The position numbers were made by a program, and so were the translations under genes. Shown here one piece after another: positions 36,520 to 49,200 of a DNA stretch of 64,000 nucleotides (positions within the stretch are counted from its first letter, which is position 1; each line of letters opens with the position of its first letter). The notes under the pieces were generated by a model that searched no databases, was not told the origin of the DNA, and saw nothing but the letters and a program-made list of their open reading frames with translations. The DNA is from Amoebophrya sp. A120 (Eukaryota; Protista; Dinoflagellata), in NCBI GenBank assembly GCA_905178155.1, contig CAJINV010000002.1, forward strand, positions 270,354-334,353, given 5' to 3'.

Positions 36520-36870
36520 GAGTCCGTTCTACTTCCTCAATGCGGAATACACGAATACTACTTCTACCCCAGCGAACAAAGGAGAGGCATTGATCCGCCC
36601 CTTGATCAATACAATTGCAGTGCTGATGAACATCACCCTTCGGCCACTGGTGCACTTCAAGTTGCGAGCAACTACTGCTTACCTTCGACCACTGCTCTGC
36701 CAGCTAAGCTTTTCGACGAAAATCGGACGCACCAACAGCCTGTGAAGAACTTCTAAAAGTTTAGTTCATGCGCGGAATGCGGCGCCATGAGGTTGTTCCA
36801 CCTCAGGCCAATAGTTTTCATCATCCGATAGTGCTTGATGCTTTTTGCTTTTCAAATACGACCATCACCG
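36520..36870. repeat. Dispersed ~400-bp repeat, copy 2 of 3
   Basis: See 5165-5580. Confidence 0.9.
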
Positions 36871-37920
36871 GGGAGGGTAATAGCGGTACTAGTAGTACTG
36901 GGAAATAAACGACTGTTGAGTCGCTAATCTGCTTGAGAAAGCTCCAAGTAAAAGGAGGGTTCCGCGCATAAAATGAGGCTACTCTTGATGTCAAGGTTTA
37001 GGCGTAGTTCATTATAGATACAATTTTTTCTAAAAATGAATAAAAATCCGTTGGCGTAGTCTTTTTTCCATTTTCCTCCCCGTTCTTGATAGAAATCCTA
37101 ACAGGGAAGAAGTTTTCGACCTCGTTTTTGTCCTTACAACGACGCTGTGTTCTTTTTCGTAGATAGGCCTAGTCTACCTTAATTTATCACCAGGTGGTTG
37201 TTGTAAAGGTGGCCCGCATCGTCCATCAGGACGTGCTGATCAACAAAAACAAGACAATAAACCCCAACTACGTGGTGACGGTCTCGATCCCTTTAGGATT
37301 ATGTACTGAATCAGTATGAAAGACGAGCAGAGCAAATTTTGGACGTGTTTGATTTGTCATTGTCTTGCATGCAGGTGCATCTTTTTTCATACGGGTCAGC
37401 CTCTTCCTTGCCTATATATAAATCAAGCAAAAAAAACAGTTGGCTTTCCTTCCGATGGATTGCATCCACAAAAGACATCTTACATTTTCCATGACAGGCT
37501 GATTCAGATTCTTCTACTTGAATACAAATTTATGATCGATCTTCAACAACTCCTACTTAAATATACTAGCACTGCTACTTTACTTGCAATTGTGCTCCTC
37601 GACACCTGAAATTATGTCTCCTGTACTGCCCACCTGCTAGTTGCGCTGCCATCGTAATAAAATCGGCGAACGCGGCAGTACGTTACTGCGGTGTCTACAT
37701 GCTGCGAAGCCTGTGTTTCCAGCCTGCCCAACGTACACATCAGCGTCGCGGTAAAGGCAGCTCGAACATACACAAAATTTGCGTCAGCGTCATCTAAAAG
37801 TGCGTGTAGAAAGTATGTCCAAACTATTGTTCGACTTCTATATACAAAAAATGAGTTTTATATGTTTCCAAGCCCAATGGCCGCAATTTCGGCTTCATTC
37901 TGAAATGCTCACCATAATGA

Positions 37921-39108
37921 CTAAACGTATATGGTTTCGGTGCCTCCAAAACTCACGCGGCGCTCAGTCGGGCTCCCCTGGCTGCCTACAGCTCTGGTCT
38001 GCTGACTGCCAGATCCGCCGCCACTTCGGCGCGCAGTCTGGCTCCACCGGGTTGCGGCGGTCGTTTTCGGGGCGGCCCGGGCTGCGCGCGGGTTTGGCAT
38101 TGCGTTGGAACCTGCACTAGGACGACTATGGCCGGGGCTTCCTGCTCGCTGCCCACTTGCTTTCCCGACGGGTCGCACAGGATGAACACCAGCCGCAGCA
38201 CGCCGCGTCCCCGTTACGGCGGTCGTTTTCGGGGCGGCTGGGGCAGTTTTACCAGCCGCAGCACGCCACGCCCCCGTTGCGGCGGTCGTTTTCGGGGCGG
38301 CTGGGGCAGTTTTACCAGCCGCAGCAAGCCGCGTCCCCGTTGCGGCGGTCGTTTTCGGGGCGGCTGGTGCAGTTTTACCAGCCGCAGCAAGCCGCGTCCT
38401 CGTTACGGCGGTCGTTTTCGGGGCGGCTGGGGCAGTTTTACCAGCCGCAGCACGCCGCGTCCGCGTTGCGGCGATCGGTTTCGGGGCGGCAGGGGCAGTT
38501 TTACCAGCCGCAGCAGGCCGCGTCATCGTTGCGGCGGTCGTTTTCGGGGCGGCTGGGGAAGTTTTACCAGCCACAGCAGGCCGCGTCCTCGTTGCGGCGG
38601 TCGTTTTCGGGGCGGCTGCGGCAGTTTTACCAGCCGCAGCAGGCCGCGTCCTCGTTGCGGCGGTCGTTTTCGGGCCGGCTGTGCGCTGGTTTGTCATCGT
38701 AAGAAAAAGATGTCTCAGTCTCAGCTTGTAATGCGGAACTTCCTTGAGACCGTTTTTCTTTTTTGATGTAGACATGCTCACCTCCATGCAAGAGAGTCGC
38801 CTTTCATGATAGGGGTTTATTTCCCTTGCTGTTTGAAGCATCAGAAATTTTTTGCTTCTTGTTTCGCAAATTTGTAAGTGGTGTTGAGTCAACATCTGCA
38901 TCAAAGGTTTGGGACTGAGACAGATTTTTCTTACGATATTTGTGGCTGTGGAAGCTGTACTAGGACAACTGGGACTCGGATTCAAAGCGAAAACAGCAGC
39001 ACCACCAAATAAATCTTGTCCGAGCAGCGCGACGCGGAGGCAACTACACAAGAGGCCGGCAACGCAAAGGCGACCAAGATTGGGGTTCTTTTTGTAGTGG
39101 TGCGCCAT
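37921..39108 (-). CDS. Intronless leader-sharing paralog with a 21-aa T/A/K/P repeat (~395 aa)
   Basis: MAHHYKKNPNLGRLCVAGLLC...VFAL leader resembles 31892-34545; upstream flanks are also homologous. Confidence 0.65.
   Translation of the reverse strand: MAHHYKKNPNLGRLCVAGLLCSCLRVALLGQDLFGGAAVFALNPSPSCPSTASTATNIVRKICLSPKPLMQMLTQHHLQICETRSKKFLMLQTAREINPYHERRLSCMEVSMSTSKKKNGLKEVPHYKLRLRHLFLTMTNQRTAGPKTTAATRTRPAAAGKTAAAAPKTTAATRTRPAVAGKTSPAAPKTTAATMTRPAAAGKTAPAAPKPIAATRTRRAAAGKTAPAAPKTTAVTRTRLAAAGKTAPAAPKTTAATGTRLAAAGKTAPAAPKTTAATGAWRAAAGKTAPAAPKTTAVTGTRRAAAGVHPVRPVGKASGQRAGSPGHSRPSAGSNAMPNPRAARAAPKTTAATRWSQTARRSGGGSGSQQTRAVGSQGSPTERRVSFGGTETIYV
38188..38680. repeat. 63-bp coding tandem repeat, about 8 copies
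   Basis: accagccgcagc units at 38188, 38251, 38314 and onward. Confidence 0.95.
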
Positions 39109-39604
39109 GATTGCAATTTTTCGGTGTCGACGTAAGAAAAAAATGAACAAAAAAAACGGGAGAGTTTTGTAGGTTTGTGAAGGCGGTCTAAAGTAGACAA
39201 GTAAAGTTTTTCTTCAGGTTTATTTTGTTGTACTTGTAGTTGTACCAGACCCAGAGGTATAAATAACCTCTTCGCACTAGTACCACGCAGAGTAAAAAGC
39301 AAGTAGTAGCGACTTCGATGAAAAAAACAACGACTGTTCTGGTTACTGCATGTAGTTGGAGTGGTTTAATATTTTCTTTGGCCGAGGTAATTAGCCACAG
39401 TGGCGGCACGACATTGATTTTCCCAAAGAAACCGACTCTACTTCGACGAAAATTGAATCTTCCGAATTTAATTCGGAAAAATTTGCATGGATCAGGATCT
39501 AGGACAAAGCATTTCTTGCATAAGAAAATTTAGATCGCGGTTTCGGAAGTCGTGGATCTTCATCTTTCTTTGGTTTATGGTGCTGTTCCTCATTTGCGAC
39601 ACTG

Positions 39605-39869
39605 TATTTGAGTACACAAACCGAATTGTACTGCTACAAGGCCAAGAGACGCAGCAGTGGCCTGAAGAATTGCAGGTAATTTGTCATGCTTTTTTCCACT
39701 TCCACTTGCCTCCTGTCGTGCTGAAGATGCAAGGCTTGTTTCCCACGCTAGCCAGCACTACAGTCCGCATCTTTTGTCTTCTAGCATGACAAAGCTGATT
39801 TGTGATTGCAAATCTGCATCACAGATTTCCATATTGATATGGGCGGAAGGGGGGATTTTTCTCTTGATA
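39605..39869. mobile_element. Family H element, left end uncertain
   Basis: Right TIR ggggggatttttctcttgata. Confidence 0.6.
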
Positions 39870-39914
39870 CTACGTCCAGCAGGAGACACAGGTGAAGAAG
39901 CGGGTCTGCGTGCG

Positions 39915-40270
39915 TTCTACTTCCTCACTTCGGAATACACGACTACTACTTCTACCCCAGCGAACGAAGGAGAGGCATTGATCCGCTCGTTGATCAATAC
40001 AATTGCAGTGCTGATGAACATCACCCTTCGGCCACTGGTGCACTTCAAGTTGCGAGCAACTAGTGCTTGCATTCGACCACTGCTCTGCCAGCTAAGCTTT
40101 TAGACGAAATAAATTGGACGCACCAACAGCCTGTGAAGAACTTTTAAAAGTTTAGTTCATGCGCGGAATGCGGCGCCATGAGGTTCCACCTCAGGCCAAT
40201 AGTTTTCATCATCCGATTAGTGTTTGATGCTTTTTGTTTTTCAAATACGACCATCACCGGGGAGGGTAAT
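39915..40270. repeat. Dispersed ~400-bp repeat, copy 3 of 3
   Basis: See 5165-5580. Confidence 0.9.
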
Positions 40271-41357
40271 GAATGAATGAAGTGGTGCGGCGGCGGTGGC
40301 CTCTTACCTCAAAGCTCGATAGACCGGGGCAGGGAACACCGCAATGCTTTGCACCACGGGCACACGACTACTAATCGGCAGTGTGGACGCCTCCGGACAG
40401 CAGCAACTGCCCAGCATACAAAACTAAGTTATCTCTAAGTGCTGGGAAAATGTCAAAACTAAGGGTAAAAAATCTCTGAGAGCTGGGAAAATCTCTGAGA
40501 GCATACAAAACTAAGGGTAATCAGATCTGTAGTGCTGGGAAAAAATAAAGGTCCACTCGCGACGTCCTTGCGAGAAATTTTTATACTCGTGGTGCGACGG
40601 GTGGTTCAGAAGTACTATCTTGGAGCTGCATTCCGGTCAAAAATCTACGACAACATCATACATAGGTATACTTCGGTTAACGACTTGGGTTTGGTGGGGG
40701 AAAGATTCAGACGTAGGGCTTCTGAACCATAACAGGCTGTGTGCCAGATAATTCTGGCGTCTCCAGCGCGAAGCCACCCTAAGTAGGACCGAGGGTGGCT
40801 CGAGATTCCTGCACCCCCGAGGCCCCCTGCCAAAGCAGTAGCAGGCTGCTCGAAATTATACTAAATTCCTCCCAAGGTCGTGGGCTCCTCCTCCATAAGG
40901 TTCTTTTATTTTGGCACAACTCTAACTAGTAAAAGTAAAACGTCTAGTACAACTCTTCGCCCGCCACAGAAAATAAATTTAAACGGCCATCCATGCAGGT
41001 TTCTTTGTTTTAGTTGCCGCGGGGTCAAAATCATAAATATAGCGAAATAAACCAAATTATGACTCAGCACAACCATAATGACTCGCAAAGCATCAATCTA
41101 GCAAATAAGTGGGCCACAGCTCCTCCCCTCCTAGCTTCGGCTCACCGACGTGATCATGCTGCTCCAAACTCACTGCTCTGCTCCCTCCTGCTCATCACCC
41201 TGCGCCGAGCGTACCAGTCTGGCCGCTTCGGCTAGCAGTCTGCGTGCTTCGGTATACAGTCTGTCTGCTTCGTCGAACAGCTGCTCCCGGCGGACTAGAT
41301 CCGCACGTGGTATTTCCATTTCGGCTAGCACCAGTCTGCTTCCTTCTTCCCCCATGT

Positions 41358-41633
41358 TATCAAATGTAAAAGTGTCTGGGTCTGGAAGGATGCGACTTGT
41401 CATGCTAAATCTGAAGCATGCAAAAATCTGTGTTGCATGATTACCAAAAGTCGTCCAGTTTTGCCCAAGTCGGGAGGGAGGCTCTCATGCAGGATATTAG
41501 GCATGAGCAGAGAGATCCTCGCACAGAATCTGTCATCGACTAGGTCCTGCATTCCAGACCTCATGGGTCATGGAATAAAAGCTGCATGACAAATCTGACA
41601 ATCTTCCAGACCCAGACATTTTTACAATCCATA
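41358..41633. mobile_element. TIR element, family B
   Basis: Family B TIRs; direct repeat catgt/cattg; core shares diagnostic variants with 3601-3866. Confidence 0.9.
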
Positions 41634-42292
41634 CATTGCGCTTGCTCGCTCCGTCAGTCTGATTCCTTCCCTTAATGACAACTCCTGCGGGGACAACTGC
41701 ACAACCTCCCGGCACACTGGGCAGCTTGGTTCCGTCGTATCCTGCGTAAAATTGGATTCCCACACCATCCATAGTCGACTAGAAGTCGAGAAGATCCGTA
41801 TTACAAGAAGCTGTTGAAGAGAGGTTTTGCTTTCGGGTCGTGTTGCGCATCACAAAATTGCATCGGGCAAGTAAAAATCGGCGTCAGCTAGTGTAGGTGC
41901 GAAGCTGTCACAAACGGACTTTCTGATCTCGACGAGAAGAATATGACAACATGACATGATTCCCAAAGATTTACATTTAACACCTTCTTGTATGCTTACA
42001 AATAAACGTTCCTTCTGGAAGTGCGGTTTTTCATGCGACACACTGACCATCCATCATCATCATCATCGTGATTGACTTATCTCCTCTCCTAGCATGCTGC
42101 AAATTTGCGTGACCGTGAACATGGTGTGGGTCCTCGTTCGTTCTTTTCAGCTGCATATAATTCACATGTCGATAACCACTGGCCGATGCAGCCGGTACAA
42201 AACTTGTGACCGCAGGAGCTTAGGGCCTTTTCGTCGCGTATTTGTTCCAGACAGATTGGACAGTTGTCACGGTTGGGCGAGCCGTCCTGTGC

Positions 42293-42531
42293 TATGGCGT
42301 TCTCAAATGTTGCATTCTCAACTGTTACATAAATTTGTGATGCAAGAGCTGCAACAGTCAAAGGTGCAAGCTTGCAGCTTTCGCATCACAGATTTGGCAC
42401 GGATTCAGATGGTGTTTAGCCGTTCGGAGATTTGTCATGCGAAGCAGCTTGATCATCTACCGGATCAAGGTAGTTTTGCATGACAAATTAATGTAACAGT
42501 TGAGAATCATGTAACATTTGAAAACGCCATA
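42293..42531. mobile_element. TIR introner, family E
   Basis: Direct repeat tgtgc/tgtac. Confidence 0.92.
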
Positions 42532-42593
42532 TGTACATCGCCAGCACTGTGGCCGGACAGGTGGGCGACGTCGTGTGCATCGCCAGCCCCACG

Positions 42594-42801
42594 TATGCAA
42601 GAAAAAAACTGTGTAGGTGTAACTCTGTAATGCAGAACATGTAACAGAGTTACATCTGTGATGCCAGAAAGCCACGAGGCCTCTTTTCATGTGTGTTTTC
42701 CCTTACATGCCACGCATGACAGGTTTTCTCTGTCATGTAGAGCAAACTTGTGATGCTGTTAGCCAAAGAAAGTTACACTAACACAGTTTTTTTCTTGGAT
42801 A
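42594..42801. mobile_element. TIR introner, family F
   Basis: TSD ccacg; near reverse complement of 63241-63449. Confidence 0.95.
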
Positions 42802-42864
42802 CCACGACTACGACTACGACTACGAGGACGGACCTGCAAGGCGAAAACAGGAAAGAAATCTCTG

Positions 42865-43125
42865 TGACGTAGAAACATGTCTGGGTCTGGAAGGAACTTG
42901 TGATACTACAGTATGGAGGATGAGTCTGGTGCAGCTTTCAAGTGCAAGCAAGCACGACAAATTTTCTTGACGCTGTCTGAAGATGCGTAGCACGCATCAC
43001 AAACTGCGTCTTTGCCTGACAAAAAAGTAACACCTTTGCTGGCTATGCAACACAGTTTGCTCAGGAATGCTAGACAGGCAACACAAGTTTCACTTTTCCA
43101 GACCCAGACATATTTGCATTTGATA
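42865..43125. mobile_element. Family B-type introner, left end decayed
   Basis: Direct repeat ctctg/ctcta. Confidence 0.8.
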
Positions 43126-44722
43126 CTCTACGGCGACGTACAAGAATGCGGTCTGCAGGCACAAGAGAGCGGCAACACAAAAACGAGAGGAGCTGCTACG
43201 AAGGCGCGCCATCTTTGGTTATGTATGCTGTTAAATGCAGTTCAACGCGTTAGCCAAATCGATTTCGGAAATAAAAGTGTCCTATACTACGTAAAAAACC
43301 GCTGTCCTGTGGCTATGGCTTCACGCAAAAAAAATAGTGGATATAGCTGAGTATACTGCTGCTACTTGTCAAATCAAGCGGCTTCAGTCTTGACTTTGGA
43401 CTTGAGTTTGCTTCTTCCGGTCCTATCTTTAAAGCGACTACGTTCGAGTTTTATGGGATTCGTGCTCCTTTACAAATGTAAATGATTTCAAGCAGAAATG
43501 GTAACGGGCTCAAAAAGTAGAAAAGTCGTTTTTTGTTGTTGTTTTTCCAAGAAGGTGAGTTGCGTAGATGTCAGGTAAAGATTGTCAGAGTTGTTGTCCT
43601 AGTCCCGACGGTGGGAAGTGGGTCTGGGGGAAATTTCTGTTGCGCGGTTGGAGAAAAAGACCATTTGTTGACTTTTTGAATTCTTTGCTCTAAGTTCCAG
43701 GCAGGATCCATTCTTGGCACACTCACACGCCGTCGTCATGGCGATCTCAGAAGTAGTTCTCTGGGTCTAAGTCGTGATAAATTTTCCTTCATCATTTTCG
43801 GAACCAATGGATCTCGATCTTTTTTTATTCACACCGACTCAGATCTCCTTTCGTCAGCGAGCTACTGACCTAAGCACATCGAATAAAAACACGCACGGAC
43901 CAGATCAGATCAGATCAGATCAGAGTTGTCAGCCCACGTGACGCCGTCACGCAAGCTGGGCTCAACGCAGCGGTCAGGCAATCCTAACCACCACGTCGGC
44001 CGTAAAACAGATTTGCGTTTGTCAGAAGTTTGGAGCTGAAACAGAATTAACTAAACCCTTTTGCAGACTAGAGAGGACTAAAAAATAGGCTCCGAAGAGC
44101 TGAGCTGGAATGGGCGAGAAGACTAAGCTCCGAGGAGCTACTTTGGAAAGGTTTGAAAAAACTATGCTCCGAGGAGCGGGCCTGGGGGAGCTAAAACAAA
44201 ACTAAGCTTTCAGATTTTGGATTTCAATAAAAAAAAAACCTACACGGCAATAGGTCAGAATAATGGTCTTCGTCATGTGAAAACCCTCAAACCGGCTACA
44301 AGTCGTGATTTGTCGAAGTCGTCACGTTCCCGTCTACGTAGGATTGGTCTTTTCGCAGGAAAAAAACTCACGCTCTTTCTACTACCTGAACTATCAAAAC
44401 TGCAGTTTTAGATGGGGACAAGGCGATACGTGTGAGATCATGGAAAACAACAGCTTTTTTGGTTTCTCGCTCTCGTTAGTGAGTCTGTTTTTCCACCATA
44501 GCATCGGGACAAGGCGAGCACGATGGATCCTCAGAGCTTGTAAGAGTTTAACTACGAAGTGCGAAGCCTTTAACACGTACCGCGGTCCCTTCCCGGCGAC
44601 CAAGTTTAGAATGGAAATCAGGTAAAACTTTAAACCAAGCATTCGTGTAATAGCCTCATCCTGGCCACCTCACTTCAACCGACTTTGCGTGCTCCTTCGT
44701 GTAAGAATCGTTGACACGGTTG

Positions 44723-44846
44723 TACGTTAACGGAATTTGTGATGCAGTAACGCATCAGAAAAGGCGCCCAAATTTGTATTGCGCAACATGCATGGACGGC
44801 AAAATTTGTAATGCATAGCTGCTATCTGAGAAAACCGTTAACGTTA
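44723..44846. mobile_element. Small TIR element
   Basis: acgttaacgg / ccgttaacgt arms with GCATNASA motifs; absent from the homologous block at 36310-36440. Confidence 0.55.
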
Positions 44847-46267
44847 AGACTTGTTTTTTGTCTGATAAATTAATGTTACCGACATTGCGCACTAGCACGA
44901 CATAAGAACCGCGGCCTGCAGTGCACAGGATAAAAATGAGGAGAAAGCGCATAGACACACGACTACCATCCGATGGTCTTGTTTTCTTTTTCTTTTTTCG
45001 TGGAAGATAAAGAGGAAATTTTTTGCGACAGTCCCTCGTTTTGGTTTTTCAACATGATGCAGCACTTCTTTCATTCTCCTCCATGCGATTAAAGTCGTGT
45101 TTGTGCTGTTGGTTTTTCTACGTTTATTAATGGACCCGTGGGCCGATAATTTTTCCAAAGTACTATGTATAATTGGTCTCGCTGCTTGAGCATTGATTTC
45201 TCGTCAGACGCTCTCTTAGCTATTGCTTACGGGAAGACATCAAGTACCTCCCGACTAGTGCAGTAGCATGATCCTTGAACAAACAATATTACGCTGCAAG
45301 GCGAGGCAGCTGAGCTTCATGTTTTATTACAACCCATGTGAATGTGAAATAAGAAAAAGTGTCTTACTATGAGCTTGTCTGGAACTACTTCTATCGTCGA
45401 AAAAGGTACTACTAGTAGTCCTTGCATATAATCTATTATGCTTCTAGCTGAAAGTCAAAGTTCATCAAATTCGTTGGAGTGATCAGGTGAGACCGAGACC
45501 CAAACACGACCTGAGAACAAGTGCTTGTTTGAAGAAAACCATGGTTACTAAAGTGTGCTGTCGCTGATGAGGTAGTCGCGTGAGTAACGTAAGTAACTCG
45601 ATAGATAAAGATACTCATGCACGGAAACTAACAAAAGGTCCTGGATAGGCGCGCGCCTGATCGATGATAATTTCCTCAATAGAGCAGGGGAAACATAACT
45701 AGCTAAGTATATGAATCTTCTAGGCCCGCTACAATATTAGCGAGCTGACCTTCGCCTTCCTGCCTGACATTTTGTGAATTCAAACATTTCGAAGTAGATG
45801 CAACCTTATTTATTGACACGAAATAATTCTTCTCGCTTCGACATAGAATTATCAATATTTGGCCTGTACTTCGAGGATAGGCTTTTCGGTACAAATTTGA
45901 TGCTTCATGCGCACGATCATGTTAAGCACAGCTACTTTGCTTGCTACTTGTTACTCTAATATGTTAAGAAGATGATGCTGTGACTGTGTTTTCGGTTAGT
46001 ATGTACTTTACACATAAGCGTGTTTTTCATCTTGTCGCTTCAAATAGTAATGCGTAGTTCACGTATCTACTACATAGGGAAGAAAATACTATATGGTAGT
46101 TTTCTTTATACTCTTCTGGAAAATATTAAAAGCGACCGACCTGCTCCTGCACCTTTCTTTTCGTGAAAAAGATCCGACAGAAGTGTGGAGATGAGAGTCA
46201 AAGATACAAAGCGTGTATTTTTAAAGGACCTCCACATGATAATCGGGACCACAGGCATTTCCATTTT

Positions 46268-49200
46268 TTACACCGAAGATGCGGCAGCATTTGTTGTACA
46301 ATTAGAGTCTTCATCTTCTGCTCCGTCAACACTTTGCCCTCTTCTACTTCCGCGACAGTGAAGATCTTCTTCGGGACAATTTTGGTGCGTTTCTGTCCCG
46401 TGACTTTGCTCTTCTTCGCCCGAAGCGGCCAAGTTGGCTCGGACAAATGTTCCTGCCGCGGCCGAACAAGATGCGGATAGAAGTTGTACTCCTTCTGTGC
46501 TACTACAGCTGTACTGCTCGCCATCAGCTTGGTACCTGGACATCAAGTTTTCGAGTTTATTCTGTGTAAAAACGTCCCCACCCCAGAGTCAAGATGGGCG
46601 ACATCTCGCAACACAAATCCAGAAGCTTTGGGAGTCACGCATGACAAGTTTCTCTCTGCATTGTAGTGCAGTCTAGCAAGTGCAGCCGCATCACAAAGCC
46701 ATCTACTTATCCTGTTGACAGCATCAGAAATTCCAAAACACGATTGAAAATGCATGCGCATTGCAAATCTTCCTACAAGTACAATTGCAAATCTGCATGA
46801 CAACTCTGGGGTGGGGACGATGTTTTTGCATTTGATAGAGTTCGTTAAGTTGCCACTTTTCGTATTCCGTGTGCGCATGACTTGTATCCACTTCCTCCGG
46901 CGGCGGGTATAATCCGCCGACCACCCGCGCCCGCTGCAACAGCGCGGCATCCATGTCGGGATTAGCAGTTGTAGGGGCCCGACTCAATAAAACTCCCGAT
47001 GTATGTAAAGGTTGTTGCACTGTGATGACGTACTCGGTCTGCTTCAAATTTAAGGGGCGGCTGGAGTAAAAATGCTTTGGAGCTTTTATGTGGGACGAGG
47101 CGGGCAATGTTGATGTAGTTCGAGTTCCCCCGACGGACAGCGGTTTAATATTAATATTTCTCGTCGCGCTATTTGGGGTCCACATCGTGTTCTTTTTCTT
47201 TTCCTGGTGATAGTACTCGAGATGTTGGGCCTCTTTAGAAGTACAACTCTTGTGCAGCTGCGGTCCCTTGTTATTCAGACCAGCTCCGGCGCGTCGTGCA
47301 GCTGCAGTCGTTCCTCGGCCGTCCTCGTCGGAGAACATCAAGCTACCTGGCACATCAACACCCTCGGAGCTGTGGTCCCGCGAAGATGACGAAGAAGAAG
47401 ATGGTGGACCTTGTTCTCGAGAAGTAGAAGTAGTACGGGGATTTGTATAGTGGACCACGCTAGAAGTACGCTGAAGATGCTGATGATCACCCAGCTGCGT
47501 GGCGTTTGCGAAGGCGGCTTGTGGTACGTCGCGGTGACCCGCCCTAGTATTTGTTCTCGTAGAAGGAGCAGGCGCAGGAGCTCTTGGTCCTTTATTCACG
47601 AAGCGCCGCCTCTTCACATCGAAAATTCTTGACTTGGAAGCGCTCTCCTGTCTTTTCCTTCTCTTCTTCAAAACAGCCCGGAGAAGCAGCACGGCCACGA
47701 ATATTCCCGCGAGAAACAGAACAGCACCGATTACAACAAAAGCGTAGAATATCAACTGTAAAAATGTCTGTGTCTGGAGAAATCCAACTTGTCATGCTGA
47801 TTTTGGATCCTAAAAAAATCTGTATTGCATGAGCAGCAATGAGAGTCCAAGTTTTGCTACACGTAAAGAGCACTTGTCATGCGGTATAGGCATCAGGAAG
47901 CCCTCACAAAATCTGTGATGCTAAGGCATGCATCACAGACATCAGGAGTCATGCAAAATGTGCATGACAAACCTGGCAATCTTCCAGACCCAGACATTTT
48001 TGCATTTCATATAGAAAAGGGCTTCCTGCCTCCGCTCCTCCGCTGCTATGGCGTTCTGAAATCTCTGCGAAGTGTCCTGCATCGCTATCGTGAGCAAAAA
48101 CGTCCCCACACCAGAGTCAAGATGGGAAATCTGCTAGACACATCAGCCAGCTTTGGTTGTTTCGCATGACAAGTTTGCCCTCATAGTGTGATCCTGTTTA
48201 GCTAGTGCTAGTTTTAGCAGCATCAGAGATCTAGCGTTTCATGCTGATTGGAGCATGACAGATTCTAAAACACGACTAGAAAAGGCTTCTGATGGAGCTC
48301 CGCATGAGAAACATTTTCAGCATGCAGATTAGCATGACAACTCTGGGGTGGGGACGTTTTTACTCAGAATAATCGCGTTGCGGTTTTGCGCCACCGCTAA
48401 GTGGCAAATGTCGTCGTCATCGCGGAGTTTGTGATGCAAAAACCGGAGGGCACGCCCGCAGTGGCACACCGCGGCAATCGCCAGCTCGCGGTTTTGTAGA
48501 AGCATACTGGACGATAGTGTCGTGGTAGAAGTACTTCTTCTGCCAAGGAGGTGGCGGGACACGACGACCTCGTTGTTGATGTGTAGTTGCTTGTGAGAAG
48601 ATAGTAAGAGCCGTTGCTCCTCGACGTCCCCTGCTTGATTTGCTTCTGCATGATGGGCAAGAAATAAACTTGTAGTCCTCGTCTTTCCAGCAGCATTGTG
48701 TGTTTTCGCTCGTGCTGTTGCCAACGGTTGATGTCCTCTCTGATCGGGGGAGGAAGTAGTCCATCTCGTCGTGTGAGCATGTTCATCATCACCTATTCCC
48801 CCACCACGACACGTTGTTTCTTTCACGAAGGACAACACCCGGCAGTCCTCAGACCGGTCATTTTGCACCGCTAGTGTCACGATTTCCAAGGAGCTTTTTC
48901 TCAACCTTTCCGACGCGTATCAAATGCAAAAATGTCTGGGTCTGGAAAGTTGTGATGCTAAAATGTGCATGATGGAAACACTTCCGAATGCAGACCAGCA
49001 TGACAACTTTCCGGAGCACTTTCCAATAGGCAGCCCGCATGAGAAACTGCGTTTTTGCATGACAAAAATGGCTGCGGCTTTTGTCGGTTATGCAATACAG
49101 ATTTTCCAGGAATGCAAAGCTAGCATGACAAGTTCCAACTTTCCAGACCCAGACATTTTTGCAGTTGATAACGCGAACTCCAATGCCATACCCGTTTGCT

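Larger units (their letters stand above)
41170..43212 (-). pseudogene. RING-HC (C3HC4) gene with the shared leader; frame not fully recoverable
   Basis: MARLRSSSSRFCVAALLCLQT...VFALQ; CPICLEQIRDEKALSSCGHKFCTGCIGQW; the final TCPMQFC (~41870) needs a 1-nt indel; 3' extent uncertain. Confidence 0.6.

Noticed and set aside
41942-42174. Additional introner in the RING-HC gene
   Set aside because: The termini are TIR-like, but there is no direct repeat and element + 5 nt removal hits a stop; left uncalled.
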